Positions 38,521 to 52,189 of a DNA stretch of 64,000 nucleotides are shown here, piece after piece (position 1 is the stretch's first letter; each line of letters begins with the position of its first letter). Both the position numbers and the translations under genes were made by a program. This stretch comes from Glaucostegus cemiculus (lineage: Eukaryota): the NCBI GenBank assembly GCA_976551045.1, contig CDPCPM010000033.1, positions 14,074,001-14,138,000 on the forward strand, given 5' to 3'. The notes beneath the pieces were generated by a model that was given only the letters and a program-made list of their open reading frames with translations, searched no databases and was not told where the DNA came from.

Positions 38521-41405
38521 TAATTCGACAGTAAGCAGGGAGCACCATCAGATCACTGCTGACATTAGGAATAGTTTGTCACTTGTTTTGGAATAATTCA
38601 CTCATTGGAAACAGCTGGATGTTGCCAGAACCCTTTCAGATGAGGCAAGAAACAAGTCCCACCCACATCGAGCCCCACTGTCATTCTGTTCCTTATTTTT
38701 GAAGCATAATATTGATAACACTACTGTCTAAATGCACCTCCTCCATTGCATTCACCCTTCATTCCATCAGTATAATTCCTTTCTTTTGATGCTAGCACCA
38801 GTGTCGGTGCCAAATATTGATGCTACCCTTCATTTACAAACTTGGCTCCTTTCAATCTAAGAATCACAAAAAAAAACTGTAATCTGCATTTTCATCTCTT
38901 AGAATTCAATTTGATATTCATCCACCCCATTTTCTGATCATCAACAGATAATGGCCTCTGAACAATGTTGATAAAAGAAACTCTGAACCAAAAACATGCA
39001 GTGAATGTAATTCTGGATGGTCCGATGGTTTTTGCCATCATCATGTTAAAGACCCAGTGTAGATGTTGCCACTCTGTCTACTTGTTTCTGCTTGTCCTTT
39101 GTCCCCAGCAATTTCCACCCTGAATATATCCTTAATTGGATAATGGTCTGTTGAGGTGATTAGCCTCTTTCTGTATCAGCAGTCAACAGGATTATATATA
39201 TACATTGTAGGATGGTTCATTGTTAATGCATTCATTTTGCAATGCTATCATAGCAGCTGCACATTCCATTGATACTGAATGTCACAAGCAATGTATGAAG
39301 TCCAAACACCTGTATATTGTGCATTTAAGGGAATGTGCAGGATTCTCAATTCAGCAGCAAATATAATTAAAATGAAATATTATTGATAATTAAAGACAAA
39401 TCAACACCCAGGTGAGTTTAGTAGCCTGGTAGTTACAGAACTGGTCAGGAATCCAGGAATGGTGATTTTAATTATATTGTTTCTGCACAGTCCATAAAAG
39501 AGCTACTGAGTCCAAATCCCACCTTTGGGCTCTGATTGTATTTGCTAATCAAATCCTCACATTTTAAATGTTAGATGGTTTCTGCCTCCATTGCCTTTTG
39601 GGGAGCAAGTTCTAGAAACTTGTTACTCTTTGGGTGAAAGCATATTTCCTCAACTCTCCTCTAATTTTTTATATTTGTGCCTCCTCTCTGCTGAAGGAAA
39701 TAGATCTTTCCTGTTCTCCCAATCTGGACACCTCATTATCTAAAATTTACCCTATCCTCTCTCCTTTGCTCAACATCCTGCTCTTATATTCTGTGCCCTG
39801 GCCAATGTACTCCTTGCTACCTTCAAGTAACTTATGGTAAAGTAAAAATTCCAAATAACTGAGATTTGGAATCTATGAACATTCTGCTTTTTTAACACTC
39901 TACAGCCGTGATGTTTTTGATAAGCATTGAGCAGATGCAAGGTTCAAAGTAGTAACTACAGTTTTAAATCATTGCAGTTCCAAAGGCAACTAATTGCAGA
40001 TTGTTATGTCATTAGTCTGATATATAAATATGGATTATTTTATTTGACATATTTTAAAAAGCTCTTTGCTACAGTATATTATATTAAAACTTTGCTTTGA
40101 GACCAATACCAAGTCAAAAATATAATTTGTTGATGCATACTTCTCATTGTTGGCAAAACCTGTGCACCTTTTTTTAAATGAAAAGTATTGGGAAGATAAT
40201 TATCAAAGCGAAAATTATTTATTTTTGCTAGCTCCCCCCTCCCTTCCCAGATAATTACTGGTGAACCAAATCATCAAGAGTTCTACAGAATTAACCACAG
40301 GGTAAGGTCAGTGGCATGTCACTCTGAAGCAAGAGACCACACACTGATAGAACCAAGTGCAAGATATGAAATGTGCTTATAATTAAACCTAATTTCTTAT
40401 AGCTTTGAAAAGCATTGTTTGTATTTCCTGCTGTAATTGTCTTTATTCCTGTTAAAAGGCACGTCATGATGATTCATACATCATTCCAGTACTTTCTGAC
40501 CATGAATAGTGTTCCCAGAACACACAGGATGCTGATTTCTTGAGATTGATGATGATATTAAAGATGTACCTGTGTTACTCATGTTAATGTACATTTAACA
40601 CATGTTGGCAGCAGAATAGTCTTCAAGAGAAATATTTGCCAAGCCACTTATTAATTTCTTAGCAATGATGTATTGCAGTAAGATGAGTTCTTAATTACTA
40701 ACAAGTTATCACATAATGAAAACTTATAGATGTAACAACACAAGCAGGCCATTCAGCTCAAACACAGAGACAGTAACCTCATGAGAGAAATGGTCCATGT
40801 TAACATTTATCTTCCAACTGAGCAGATAGATTTCTAATCATAATGATTCAATCAATTCACATATTTTTCTTCATTCACCCACCCAATCTTGAAAGTAGTC
40901 TGCTTCTATTTACCCCATCCAGTCCCTGAATAATTTTTTAAAACTACTATCATAAAATCCAGTTAGATTTTGTTTTTCATTTTTTTCTTTGTTTCCTCAA
41001 TTAAGCAGCAGCCCAGTAAATATACATTGTGCCCTCTTAAAGCTTTAGCAATCTTCCTTCTTTGTGATATCTCCATGGTAGACCCAAAACGTTAAGTTGG
41101 TTTCTCTTTCTAAAGACGCTGGCTAGCCTGTTGTGCATTTCCGCCACTTTCTGTTTTCATTTAAAATTCCACTCATCCCAGTGTTTTGCTTTGATTCTCA
41201 TGATGATGGTTGTGGTTTTACTATTTCAACTGATAGCCTTTACATGAAGACCTATAAAAACGCACTACTTTAGAAATTTCATGCACTGAATAGATGTTAC
41301 TTAAGTTTATATGATTCACTTAACATCAAAAACTATCCCAAGTGAAGTTTTATTGAACAAGGATTGGTTAGATGTCATTAAATCAAATCACCTTTTGCAT
41401 TGCAG

Positions 41406-41702
41406 CTAACAAAAAATGGAACAGTGGAATCTGAAGAGGCCAATACACTCACATTAGATGACATTTCTGATGATGACATTGATCTAGATAACACTGAAGT
41501 AGATGACTATTTCTTCCTACAACCATTGCCAACTAAAAAGAGAAGGGCTTTGTTACGGGCTTCTGGTGTTAAAAAGATCGACGGAGAAGAAAAACATGAG
41601 CTCCGTGCAATTCGAGTATCCAGGGAAGATTGCGGCTGTGATTGTCGAATATATTGCGATCCTGAACTTTGTGCTTGTAGTCAAGCAGGGATTAAATGCC
41701 AG
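41406..41702 (+). CDS. CSRNP3: CSRNP3 coding exon 3 (297 nt)
   Basis: Acceptor ttgcag|cta, donor cag|gtaagc. Encodes [12 protein letters not shown]...[23 protein letters not shown]...[28 protein letters not shown], the cysteine-rich domain. Confidence 0.97.
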
Positions 41703-41944
41703 GTAAGCAGATGGCTTGTTATGTATAAACACACTGGATTTGAAATAGTTGCAAATATATTTTTGAGATTTCCTGTTCATGATACAAACATTTTTGTCAG
41801 GTCACCCAAATCAAATGAACTCTTGTTCCCTCACCCCCCAGTCTGGTTCAGTATACTTCTTATCTGCTGACTTCATAGAGAAAATAATATGTTTTGCCTT
41901 GTACCTTTGTTATGAACATTATTTCACTTTATGAGCTACATGTG

Positions 41945-42215
41945 CAGCACAATGACACTGCTAGTGGAGCTGCTGCCTCACAGATCCAGCGATCTGGGTT
42001 CAATCTTGACCTCTGGTGCTGTCTGTGTGGAATTTGCACGTTCTCCCTGTGACCATGCAGGTTTCCTCCAGGTGTTCCAGTATCCTTGTATGTCCCAAAG
42101 ACATGCAGGTTCATTAGCCTCTGTAAATTGCCCCCAGTGTGTAGGTGAGTGGTAGAATCTCAGGAGAGTTGAAGGGATTCAGGGAGAATAAAATGGAATT
42201 AGTGTAGGATTAGCA
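41945..42215 (+). mobile_element. HE1-like V-SINE
   Basis: gctgctgcctcacagatccagcgatctgggttcaatcttgacctctggtgctgtctgtgtggaatttgcacgttctccctgtgacc; homologous to 18990-19325. Confidence 0.8.
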
Positions 42216-43299
42216 TCCCTTCATGGTTGCAGGGACTTTGGTGTTGAATAACTATGGAGAAGTGGAATTACTGACAGGCCTGTTTTTTGGTAAACAAAAT
42301 AATTTATTGAAAGCACTGCAGGGGCTACTTTTTTATATGTTTTTTTTAATTGGCATATATGTATTGATGAAAAATCCATCAGCCTTTGCTATCATTAAAA
42401 CATGAAATTGACGGGACCTTCAAGACAGATGGAGTTAAACAGAGAAATCCTGAAGATGCTTTCAGCGATTTCCTGCTTTTTCAGAGATGTGCTGGTTTTT
42501 GACCAGCTGCAGAATAATACCCAGAAAACAATCACAATCAACTCAAATGTTTATCTCATTGTAAAATGTTTTGAAAGTGTTATATTTCATTGTATGAGGT
42601 GAGTTTTTAAAATGATGCATAAAATCATTATTGCTTAACAAACAATTCTGCAATTTTAAGAAGTAATTTTATGTATGTGTATTTCAAATATTTCAGAATA
42701 TAGTGAATTTTTTTTCTTTTAAAACATCTACTACTGATAGCTCCCATAACTAAATTTATCTATGTTCCAAATTTTATTTAAAATTCTGTAAAATGTTTAA
42801 TATGTTACTCAAACATTTTGCTTTTCACATCTTTTGTGGCTCTCCAGCCACACTGTTGCTGGATGCCAATGATGCATTTGAACTGAAGACAGACATGAGT
42901 AAAGGTAAAGTCCAAGCCATGGAGATAGTTACCTCCTTGTTGACGGCTTTCTTTAAGGTCATTGGCAAATACAGTTGCTTTGCCTCTGATTGCAAAGGTC
43001 AAGTTATTAACATTACTTAAGGTAAAAAGACAATCTTTATATTTATTATGCTTCCTGTGAAGTTGTTTCTTCCATAACACTGACTTGTTTTTTTCCATTA
43101 AGATAGATGAGAAAAAGCACTTGAGAGTGGGGTTTCATAGCATTCTGTACTAAGCAATGAAACCAGGAAAACACTAAGCATTAGCCACTGTAGAGTACAA
43201 CATGTGCTGTCCCTCAGCACATGAAAACATGTTTTTTTGGTCCTCTGGGATGGAACCTGTAGCCCATGCATAATAATTGATCTATGCCATTTTCCCTAG

Positions 43300-44370
43300 G
43301 TGGACCGTATGTCTTTCCCATGTGGATGCACAAAAGAAGGGTGCAGTAATACTGCAGGCAGGATTGAGTTCAATCCTATAAGGGTACGGACACACTTTTT
43401 GCACACAATAATGAAGCTGGAGTTGGAAAAAAATCAGCAGCAGCTTGGAATAGAGAATGGTTTCTCAGGAGACATGAATGCCCATGCTGGCCATCTGGTG
43501 GCGAGCCAGCAGCCCCATGAATATTCTGTTGCAGAAAGCTTTGATATTGAAAATGAACCAGAAACGGCAGTGATGCACTTACAGTCAGCAGAGGAGCTGG
43601 ACTGGCAAGCAGAAGATGAGGAGGAGGAGGAGGAGGACGACGGGAGCAGTCTGTGTAGTGGCGTCACAGACTCGAGCATTCAGAGCTTGGCAGCCAGCGA
43701 GTCGGACGAAGAGGCAGACGGCAAAGTATTGAGTGCCCCTGTCGTAGCACAAAATGAAGCGGTTTCCCTTCCTTCTGTATTATGTTATGCTGATGGTACT
43801 TCTGTGCATGACAGCTCACCACCAGAAGCTGCCTCTTATTACACTAACTCATCAACATTGTATTATCAGATAGAGTGTAATGCTGCTGCTACGACTACTG
43901 CTACTACCAGCACCACAACTGCTGCTACGGATTGTGGCAATGAGCCTTTCTGTGTAGAAGCCACCTTAACTTCAAACTACACAGAGAGGAGTCAGGAGAC
44001 TGGAGCACTTTCTTTGGTGCCTTATGGCTCAGCTACAGATCAATATATTGAGTACACACAGCAGCCGGAGGGAAACTTTACTAGTGCTCACTATCCCATT
44101 ACAACACCCTCCGTGATAGTTTGTTGTCCCTCAGCACATGAAAACAATGCTCAATGTAACAGTTTATATTCTGAGCAACAACCTAGCCACTCTCGAGCAG
44201 AGCTACAAAGCTATTTAAATAACCACGTGCAAGATGACTATGTTGCAGCTTCAAATGGGGATGTTTATGCACCCAAGCAGGTACTGGAAAATACCATCAT
44301 CCTCCCAGAGGGCAGCGCATTGTTAGAAGAGACTATCAAAACATCAGTAGTGGAAACTGTGTTTGTTTAG
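43300..44370 (+). CDS. CSRNP3: CSRNP3 last coding exon (1071 nt to TAG); total protein 591 aa
   Basis: Acceptor ttttccctag|gtg. Encodes [44 protein letters not shown], an acidic tract, [16 protein letters not shown], and C-terminal [13 protein letters not shown]. Confidence 0.97.
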   Translation: MDRMSFPCGCTKEGCSNTAGRIEFNPIRVRTHFLHTIMKLELEKNQQQLGIENGFSGDMNAHAGHLVASQQPHEYSVAESFDIENEPETAVMHLQSAEELDWQAEDEEEEEEDDGSSLCSGVTDSSIQSLAASESDEEADGKVLSAPVVAQNEAVSLPSVLCYADGTSVHDSSPPEAASYYTNSSTLYYQIECNAAATTTATTSTTTAATDCGNEPFCVEATLTSNYTERSQETGALSLVPYGSATDQYIEYTQQPEGNFTSAHYPITTPSVIVCCPSAHENNAQCNSLYSEQQPSHSRAELQSYLNNHVQDDYVAASNGDVYAPKQVLENTIILPEGSALLEETIKTSVVETVFV

Positions 44371-47300
44371 TTTGCTCAGTTGCTGTATGCTTTGTCCCTT
44401 ACTACAGTTTACACCAGTTATTCAGAATGGGAAAGAGTATGACTTAATAGTTTACAATTTTAACAGTCATCACCTTTAGTACGACTGATCAGTAACAGTG
44501 ATTAATAAATACCACTAGGTTTCAGTGGTTTAAAGACTGCAAAATGTAATCGGAAACAAGTTTCATGCATAGCTGTGAAACACTGCATTAAACATTGTGA
44601 TTTAATGTAAGCCATTCAAGTCACTAATAATTTATTTGACTTTCAAAAGCATTTTAACTGTTAAATAACCATCACTGATGAAGGACACCAAGGCATCCAG
44701 ACTGAATATTCCCTCTTGGCTTTTAGTCAATGTGACAATCTCAGAAAATTTAAAAAGGTCCCTGTTTTCAACAAAAACGTGGAAAAAACACTATTTATGT
44801 ACTGTACATGTGAAAATTGTGGAAATAATTTTGTTTCATCTGTGAATTTATTTATGCCAGTTCGTGTGCAATTTTGTGAAGTATATGTTAAATATTTCTC
44901 TTTGATTAATGACAAGGGAAACAGATAATCCAATTCATGGTAACAGCAAAGATTGTTTAAAATGATGTAGGCCTCATTTTCACCTAAGGAGTTATTTTGA
45001 ATTTATTATGTAGACAGTCCTTCCTTTGCTGTGTTTTTATTTAGTACTCTATAGAATTGTAAAGGCAGAACAGCTGGCACAAAAACTAAAGTCTAAGTGT
45101 CTCTTAAGCGTATGGGAACTATCCCAAAACAGAATCTTCCATTTCAGCTTATAGCATGTGCCATTGAGCTGTTGAATGAGAAATCCTGTATTGCCACACA
45201 GCCACTGACCATATTGCACATAAATAACACATTAATAACTTCTGTGAAAACACACAGAAGTGGTAGTGGGGAAAATCTATTCATGTTATCGCTGATCACT
45301 AAAGGAGTACATCACTTCTGTTAAGCAAACTAAAGTGAAATCTTTACTACAGAAGAAAGGTTGTGCTCTTTATATTTACTGTGCTGTTTTTTTCCAGTTA
45401 AGGTTCAATATTTTTTAAGAAAGGGAATCAAGATGTTTTATCAGGCAACATGTTTCTATTTTATGTCACTCCACTGTGATTTATAATTTATTAACAGTGT
45501 AAATAGTACTGCCAGTGTCTTCTAACTGCATGAAACAGTTCACAAAATGGAATAGTGCAGAAAATCAGATTTAGCAAGATAAAATTTCTCAAGAAGCAGC
45601 CCATGCAATGTTTGATCAAGTTGTGGCTTTTCAAACGGCATTCCAGGAAAACACTGTTTACTTTAATTCATAAATTCCCTTGAGGGAGTAATAGTGCTTA
45701 TGAAGTGGGAAGAAAATACTCAGGCAACCCTGGGGAAGGTCATTTGTTATGAGAGCCTCATTTTAACACTCCATTATATGATTCCTGATATCTTTTGACA
45801 GCAATCAGAGGGTGTGAAGTTATGCCCGAGGTGAGGAAAATAAATCCCTTCTTGGTGACAAGTTTATTTCACACAATGCATCTTACTTAAATTTTGCTCC
45901 TATTTAGCCATTACCTTGGTGAATAAGAACTTGGATTTCAGGTTTGTGATTTAACAAAAATACTGAAAGGTTCAAAAAGTTTTACTTTTCAAAATAGTCA
46001 GTCAAACACTTTAAATTCTGTCCAGTTATCAAACATTACAGCTATTAGAGGAATTATAACTAAATACCTAGTCCACTTTAGAAGCCAAATTCTTACCTGC
46101 ACAAGTTGGAGCTTTGTCAATAATCTTGAAATTTATTTCAAGTCTGGCATATAAACAAAATACAATCATAACTGTTCATTATTTGTAGCATGCAACATGC
46201 TCGGATAAGAAGCGAACAACTTGCTATCTCCAGTCAGCTGGAATAAATATTCAGAATTTCAATCAGCAATGCTTAACATTTAAAACCCAAACTCAACTCA
46301 AATCTACTAGTTGTAAATTCCAAATTTGATATTTTAGATAAACTATTGGATTAGCTTATATTTTAAAAAAATCCAAAATTAATGTAACTATTTGAATTGT
46401 CTTTGTTTAAAATACAGCTTTGAGAAGGCAAACCAAATTTAATTTTCAGTATTCTTTATAATGCAACTAAGAAAACAAAAGTACATTACTGGTTAAGCTA
46501 GTCGAGTCTTAGAATCACACATGTTGAAACATGGCTATCAACCTGTTGTATAATTGTGCACCAATTTACTTGCAAAGAGAACTGCAGTTGTACATGCTAT
46601 TGACATGGTTAAATTAAGGTTAATCTTCCTTTGTCCTGAAATTGGTAGTTAGGTGCCTGACCCAGGCTATGCTGTTGGTCTGTGAGTGACATTTTCTTTT
46701 GGGAGTTCGACTCCCAAAACTTCAGCCTAGCCAAAAGGCTGTCTTAGCACAGACATCTGACCGCAGTTCCTGAACAGCTTTGATAGCTGGCGGGGTCTCA
46801 ATTCCACCAATTACCTGCCTGAGTTAAATTAGGGGCCCTGCTACAGGTTTTGCATGGCTTTACATCAACACTCAGCAAAAATTGACTTATAGAATAAAAA
46901 AAAACCTCTTAAAATGTAATTTCCTTTTAGCATTTAACATTACAAACAACCCATTTCCCACCAACTGTTATCTCCTATTCATTTGAATGGAAACTGCTGT
47001 GCATGTGCTGACACAAAACTGACATAGACTCAGCAGACAAATTCCCCATCCCACAAGTTGGGAATCAGGCTGAACTTTGTTCTGCCCCGGTGGACTCACT
47101 GTCACTGCACAGGAAGAGCTGCAGCAGAGCTGAAGATACCAACACATACATGTCGGCATGTCATTGCTGGAAACTTGGAATTCCAGAGGGAAACCTGGGT
47201 AAGGCCAAAAAAATCTGCCCCCCCCCCCACCAATACATCTCCTAGAATTGTAGATAAAATTAGAGATTCAATTCACAGATATTATATCCCATTAGCTTAA

Positions 47301-48800
47301 CATCCAACATATGCAACTAATATTTCAGCATACTTTGATAGAAATTAAAAATTTAAACATTCTTTACCTTTCAAATTGTGTGTACTTTGCATGCACTTCC
47401 TTCGGCAACATCAAGATTGCAGCTTTTTTTTTATATAAACAACTCATTTGATATTCTTCCAGATAAGTACCTATATACTGTAGTATTTACAAAAATTACA
47501 TCATCCTTAGTTCAATAACATTTGAGACATTTTTAAGAAAGTAGAAAAGATTCATTACCAAACTGAATGATTGATTCAATTCCTATAAAAGCACCCTGAT
47601 TAGATGATGTTGCCCTACATAAATAGAGTTTACCCTTTTAAGTTTGCAGTGGACTGTAGGAGTACAGTACATAAACAAGAGCTATTAGTGAATAATTTAA
47701 TTGGTCAGTAGATCCAGGGATACTAGTGATTTCACATAAGATTATTGCAATTAAGTTTTCTTTTTCAAGGCTTTGAATATCAGGAATCACTTAAAGCACT
47801 GGGTCTTAAACTAACAATATTTTGTTCAGTGTACTGAAGCCATTTGAATACTATAAGTGAAAGGTAAGATGTAGAAAAATTCACGTTGTTCCAATTGGTG
47901 GTGATGACACAAACTGTAATCATATATACATCACAAACTGTTTATCCTTTTATCTTTATACGATCAAGAATGAATACAATAATTCAAACAGGAAGAAAAC
48001 TGAGAAAAGATAGTTTCACATATGCTATTAAAAGAAATGATTTTTTTTAGGCCAAAGTGGATGCAAGTTTATACAACAGCTAATACTTTTCAAACAGACT
48101 GCTGTTCCAAGACTAATTTTTGGACACTACTTCATATTTTGCATAATTAAAGGAATTAAAATACCACATGAAATTTTACAACTCAAAATTTGACAGGCAG
48201 TTTAGTTGTTTCATCTAGGATCCTACCATACAGGCAATACTTTGCATTGCTGTTTTAGAAAACTCTGGATATTACAATTTATACAGTCTACCTGTGATCC
48301 CAGTTGTGCCAAAAGAGAAGGTAGGCTACAATATTACACAATCCCAAGAACTGAATTCAAGCTGGGTCTTGTATATTGTAATAAAAAATTTTCACAGTAG
48401 CTGTATACTTGGTAGTATTTATCTGTTCAGTATTTATTATGAATGATAATGCAGACAGTTGATGTATTTATTGTGGTTTGTTGCAACAGTATATTGCAAA
48501 TTCAAATTTTACTGTAATTTTTGTTGCTAGTACATTAGTGCTAATTGTTATGGCTGTACTGTATTATATGAGCTTTAGTTTTCTGATGTCGATTTGTTTG
48601 TATTCCAGCTATTGCAAGGTGCAGGCTTGATATTTGTCCAATTAACTTGCATCTTTGGGACCTGTAAAAATTGGACAATGTATTGTTTCAGAAGTTCGTT
48701 GTCTTCTTTGCACATACAGCTGTTGCTTATAGATGGTCAGAATGTGAAAATTCTATGTTTTAATTATTCTACATTGCTGTAGGAAATGAGGCCAAAATAC
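44371..48800 (+). other. probable long 3' UTR of CSRNP3
   Basis: No recognisable LINE for about 4.5 kb; AU/UGUA-rich; AATAAA at 44504, 45839, 46242, 46893 and 48380. The true end cannot be determined from sequence. Confidence 0.5.
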
Positions 48801-49049
48801 AGTACTGAATGAATTTCCATCATTCCCATCTGGTACTTTTTTTTGCACACATTGTCAGAAATAATCATTTATGGGCAAACATATTCTAGTTGATAATGAA
48901 CACATACCAACATATAAATTATAAGATGTTTTACATATCACAAGTGCAGCTGCCTCTCTTTTTCTACTCCCTCCCACTAATGCAAAAAGTAACATGACAG
49001 GGAAATGATGAACAGGTAATTAAAAGCTTGGTCAAATAGGCAGATTTTA

Positions 49050-49925
49050 AACACAAGAACAGGAAGAGGTCTTTAACCCTTCAATTCCTTCCACCACTCA
49101 ATGATCGAATTTTGTGCCTTATCCCTGACTATCTTTTGATTATCAAAAATCTATCAGTTGCAGTGGTAGCATTGTTCAGAGTGAAGAGTGGAACTCATCA
49201 GCAAATGGCATTAACTTTCACAAGCATTCCTAGTATCATTTGTTCATAGAAGTGTTTCCTCACCTTCCTAGCCTGGTTCTACTGTTTAGGTTAGGTGATT
49301 CAGTCTTAAGCTCACTAATAGAAATGGTTTCTCTTCACCTTCCCAGTTCTCCTTCAGACTGTGAAGAGGTTGATCAATCTTTCACCTTCTAAATTCCAGT
49401 GAGACAATGCTAGCTTCTACAATGATATAAAGATGAGTATTCTATCATCTCCAGTAATATAATGATCTATACATCCCTAATCTTTCATTTCTACCTTTTC
49501 ACTTTTTAATATGCTTTGATCTGTCTTTCTTAGATTCTAAGTGGATGACTTCACAATTATCAGCATTGAAATTCATTTGTGCCATTAGTTATTTGGTCAT
49601 CATTTAAACAATTAATAAATACAATAAATAGTTGAGGCACAAACACAGATCCCAGTAGATCAGTCACATCCCGACAATTAGGGTGCCTTAAGGTTATCTC
49701 TGCTGCACAGCCTATTTCCTAAATTGACCAATAATTTTTTTTCTGTTTGATGGGCTTTAGGCTTGGCTCTCAATATAAGAAGTTTAGTGAATGTTTCCTT
49801 CAAGTCCAGATAAATAACATTAAAAGATTTTGTCCTGTTAATTAAATGAGTTCTTCAAAAATATTAAATCAGTTTGGCCTAATATAATCTACCTTTCGTA
49901 CATCTCTGTTTTCTCTTTCTGATCA
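49050..49925 (-). mobile_element. highly degenerate CR1 fragments
   Basis: tggatgacttcacaattatcagcattgaaattcatttg (minus strand: QMNFNADNCEVIH) and gaatgtttccttcaagtccagataaataacat (VIYLDL.ETF). Confidence 0.55.
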
Positions 49926-49934
49926 GCTGAAAAC

Positions 49935-50148
49935 TTTTTTTTATTCTCTCCACATTCCCATAAAGCCCCCTCCCCCCACCCACCAGATTCTACCTCTCAC
50001 CTACACACCACCTGCATATCTCTGAGACACAGAGGAAACCGGAGCACTTGGAGGAAACACACAGGGAGAACATGCAAACTTGACACAGATAGCACCAGAG
50101 GTCAGGTCTCTGACACAGAGGCAATGGCTCTGCTAGCTGTGCCACACT
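49935..50148 (-). mobile_element. HE1-like V-SINE
   Basis: gaggaaaccggagcacttggaggaaac...gagaacatgcaaact...cacagatagcaccagaggtcagg. Confidence 0.7.
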
Positions 50149-52189
50149 GTAATTTTATGTTTCCTTGGTATGTCCAAAATGTTCTACAATAAATACCAAT
50201 GCAAAATACATCCAATTACATTGCCCAGACTCCGCTCACAGAGTTTGCCTGCCTGCATATCCTATTCTGGATGCCGAGGGCAGAAATGACCCGATCCCCA
50301 TCTAACCAAGATTACCACAAAGCAGAGCAGGCTCAGAGTGACCAGACCTCAGAGGCTCCATTCCACAAAGCCCTTTGGCAAACCCATCACTATCAAAAAT
50401 TCTGAACTGGGTTTAAATGTTTGATAGTCTCAGACATTAAAACTCATTGTTTCATTTAATCTCAAGTATTTACAAAACAACCATGTATACCATAAAATAT
50501 AGAAGAAAAGACCAGTGGTAGAGTCCAGCAGTAGTTAGGTAGATCAGCATCTGATCTTCAGGTCATTTTGAATTTCCATGTTTCACTGTGCACACTTTAA
50601 ATAATTTCCAGAATGAGAGGAACCTGAAGAGCTGACAACCATTCCCTACAAAACTACTGTTAGTCAATCTACTGGAACTAGTAAAGCTATTTTGTTAGTT
50701 TCATTATTATATGTTTTTAAACCCATGTCACTTTTGCTCTCTTTTTCTTAACCCCACCCCCCATGTTAGAAAAATAATATTCTTATTCCTTAATGTGATA
50801 TATAATCATTTTGTGACTAAGTCCTTTTGTGAATAATTCCTACCGAGTCTTTGAGTTACCCTTTAACGATATTCCCAGCTTGTAGTGGCCATTCTGCATC
50901 TCTTCCAATTTTTGGCAATCATCCCTTCATCAAGAATTCTGGTACCTGCATTTCCTTTTCAAATACTGCATTGATCTTGATCATATTTTGATTATCATTA
51001 AATAGATTCGGCTTTCAGGTATATTTAGCTCAGCACTCATCATAAAATCTACTATGCTTTGCTCCACTGGTGGTTTCAATGTACTGTTACAGTTTAATTA
51101 CAAAAAAATTACTCTGGCTAATCCCATCTTCCAGTACTTGTCTGCAGTCATCATGGCCTTGCAATTCAGTATTTTTCATAAATGAGATAATCTGCTTATT
51201 GTAATTTAAAAGTTAAAAGTCCCCCATTGGGGACAAACTCAACTACATCTATATATCCTGCTACTTCACACCCACTGCCAGGGGGCCACACACAATCCCA
51301 CAACATTCAGAATTCCTTTTCCATTTCTTAACTCTCTCAATAGCATTTCCTAGCCAGCTTCTCTCTCATATTTCATTCTGGATTGGAAGAATTGCTTTTC
51401 TCTTTCCACGCTTTTCCCCCATCTTTACCCTAATTTATTAATAAGGTATGCTAATTTCCCAGTGCTGGCCACCTCAGGAATAACTACCATTGTGTACTTT
51501 TAACTTGGATTTGGCAGTAAATGTCAGTTGATTTACATACTGTGCATTTGTATGAGGGACACTTATTTAGAGCCCCTTTGTTGAAAAGAATTAAGGCTTT
51601 TTCAGTTAATCTGATCAAACACTGCTCAATGTATTTTTACCTCATGAAGGAACAAAATGTCCAAAGAAAGAAAATAAAAAAGGATAATAGCTCCAACATT
51701 ATCTAATTCATTCAAGTGCAGTTTGCTTCATTGCAAAAATATCTTGAAAGTCTTTGTTATAACTGTTGTCTACAGCTTCACAAAGACTACCACTTAATGT
51801 GATAACTTACTCTGGGCAGCACACTTACGGAAAGAGAAACAGAATTAATGCTTCACATTGAAGGCACTTCATCCAAACCTGTCAGAACCCTGATGACTTA
51901 GACTTGAAAAGTAATTTTGTTTCTCTTTCCAACGTGTGGCCTGACATGCTGACTGTTACCAGCATTTTACACTTTTGAGCCAGGTGAGTATTTGACTGGA
52001 GAGAAAGGTCAAATACAAGTTTCTGGAACCCGAACACAGTCTTAATCAATGCCCATCCAAATTATTTTATTGTGATCAGCAGCAGCAACTCCTATGTTTT
52101 CCCTCTAATTGCTAATAAGTAATTCACAATTACTGGTAAAACTCAGACACTCATGGTAATGCCAACAACTAAAAAGATTCATTTAGTCT

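Noticed and set aside
41163-41176. 14-nt match (aaaattccactcat) to the reverse complement of the CSRNP3 start region
   Set aside because: A match this short is expected by chance in 64 kb of AT-rich DNA, and it lies within a Penelope-derived repeat.
43434-43679. Antisense Ser-rich ORF over the last exon
   Set aside because: Shadow of the acidic GAG-rich coding strand.
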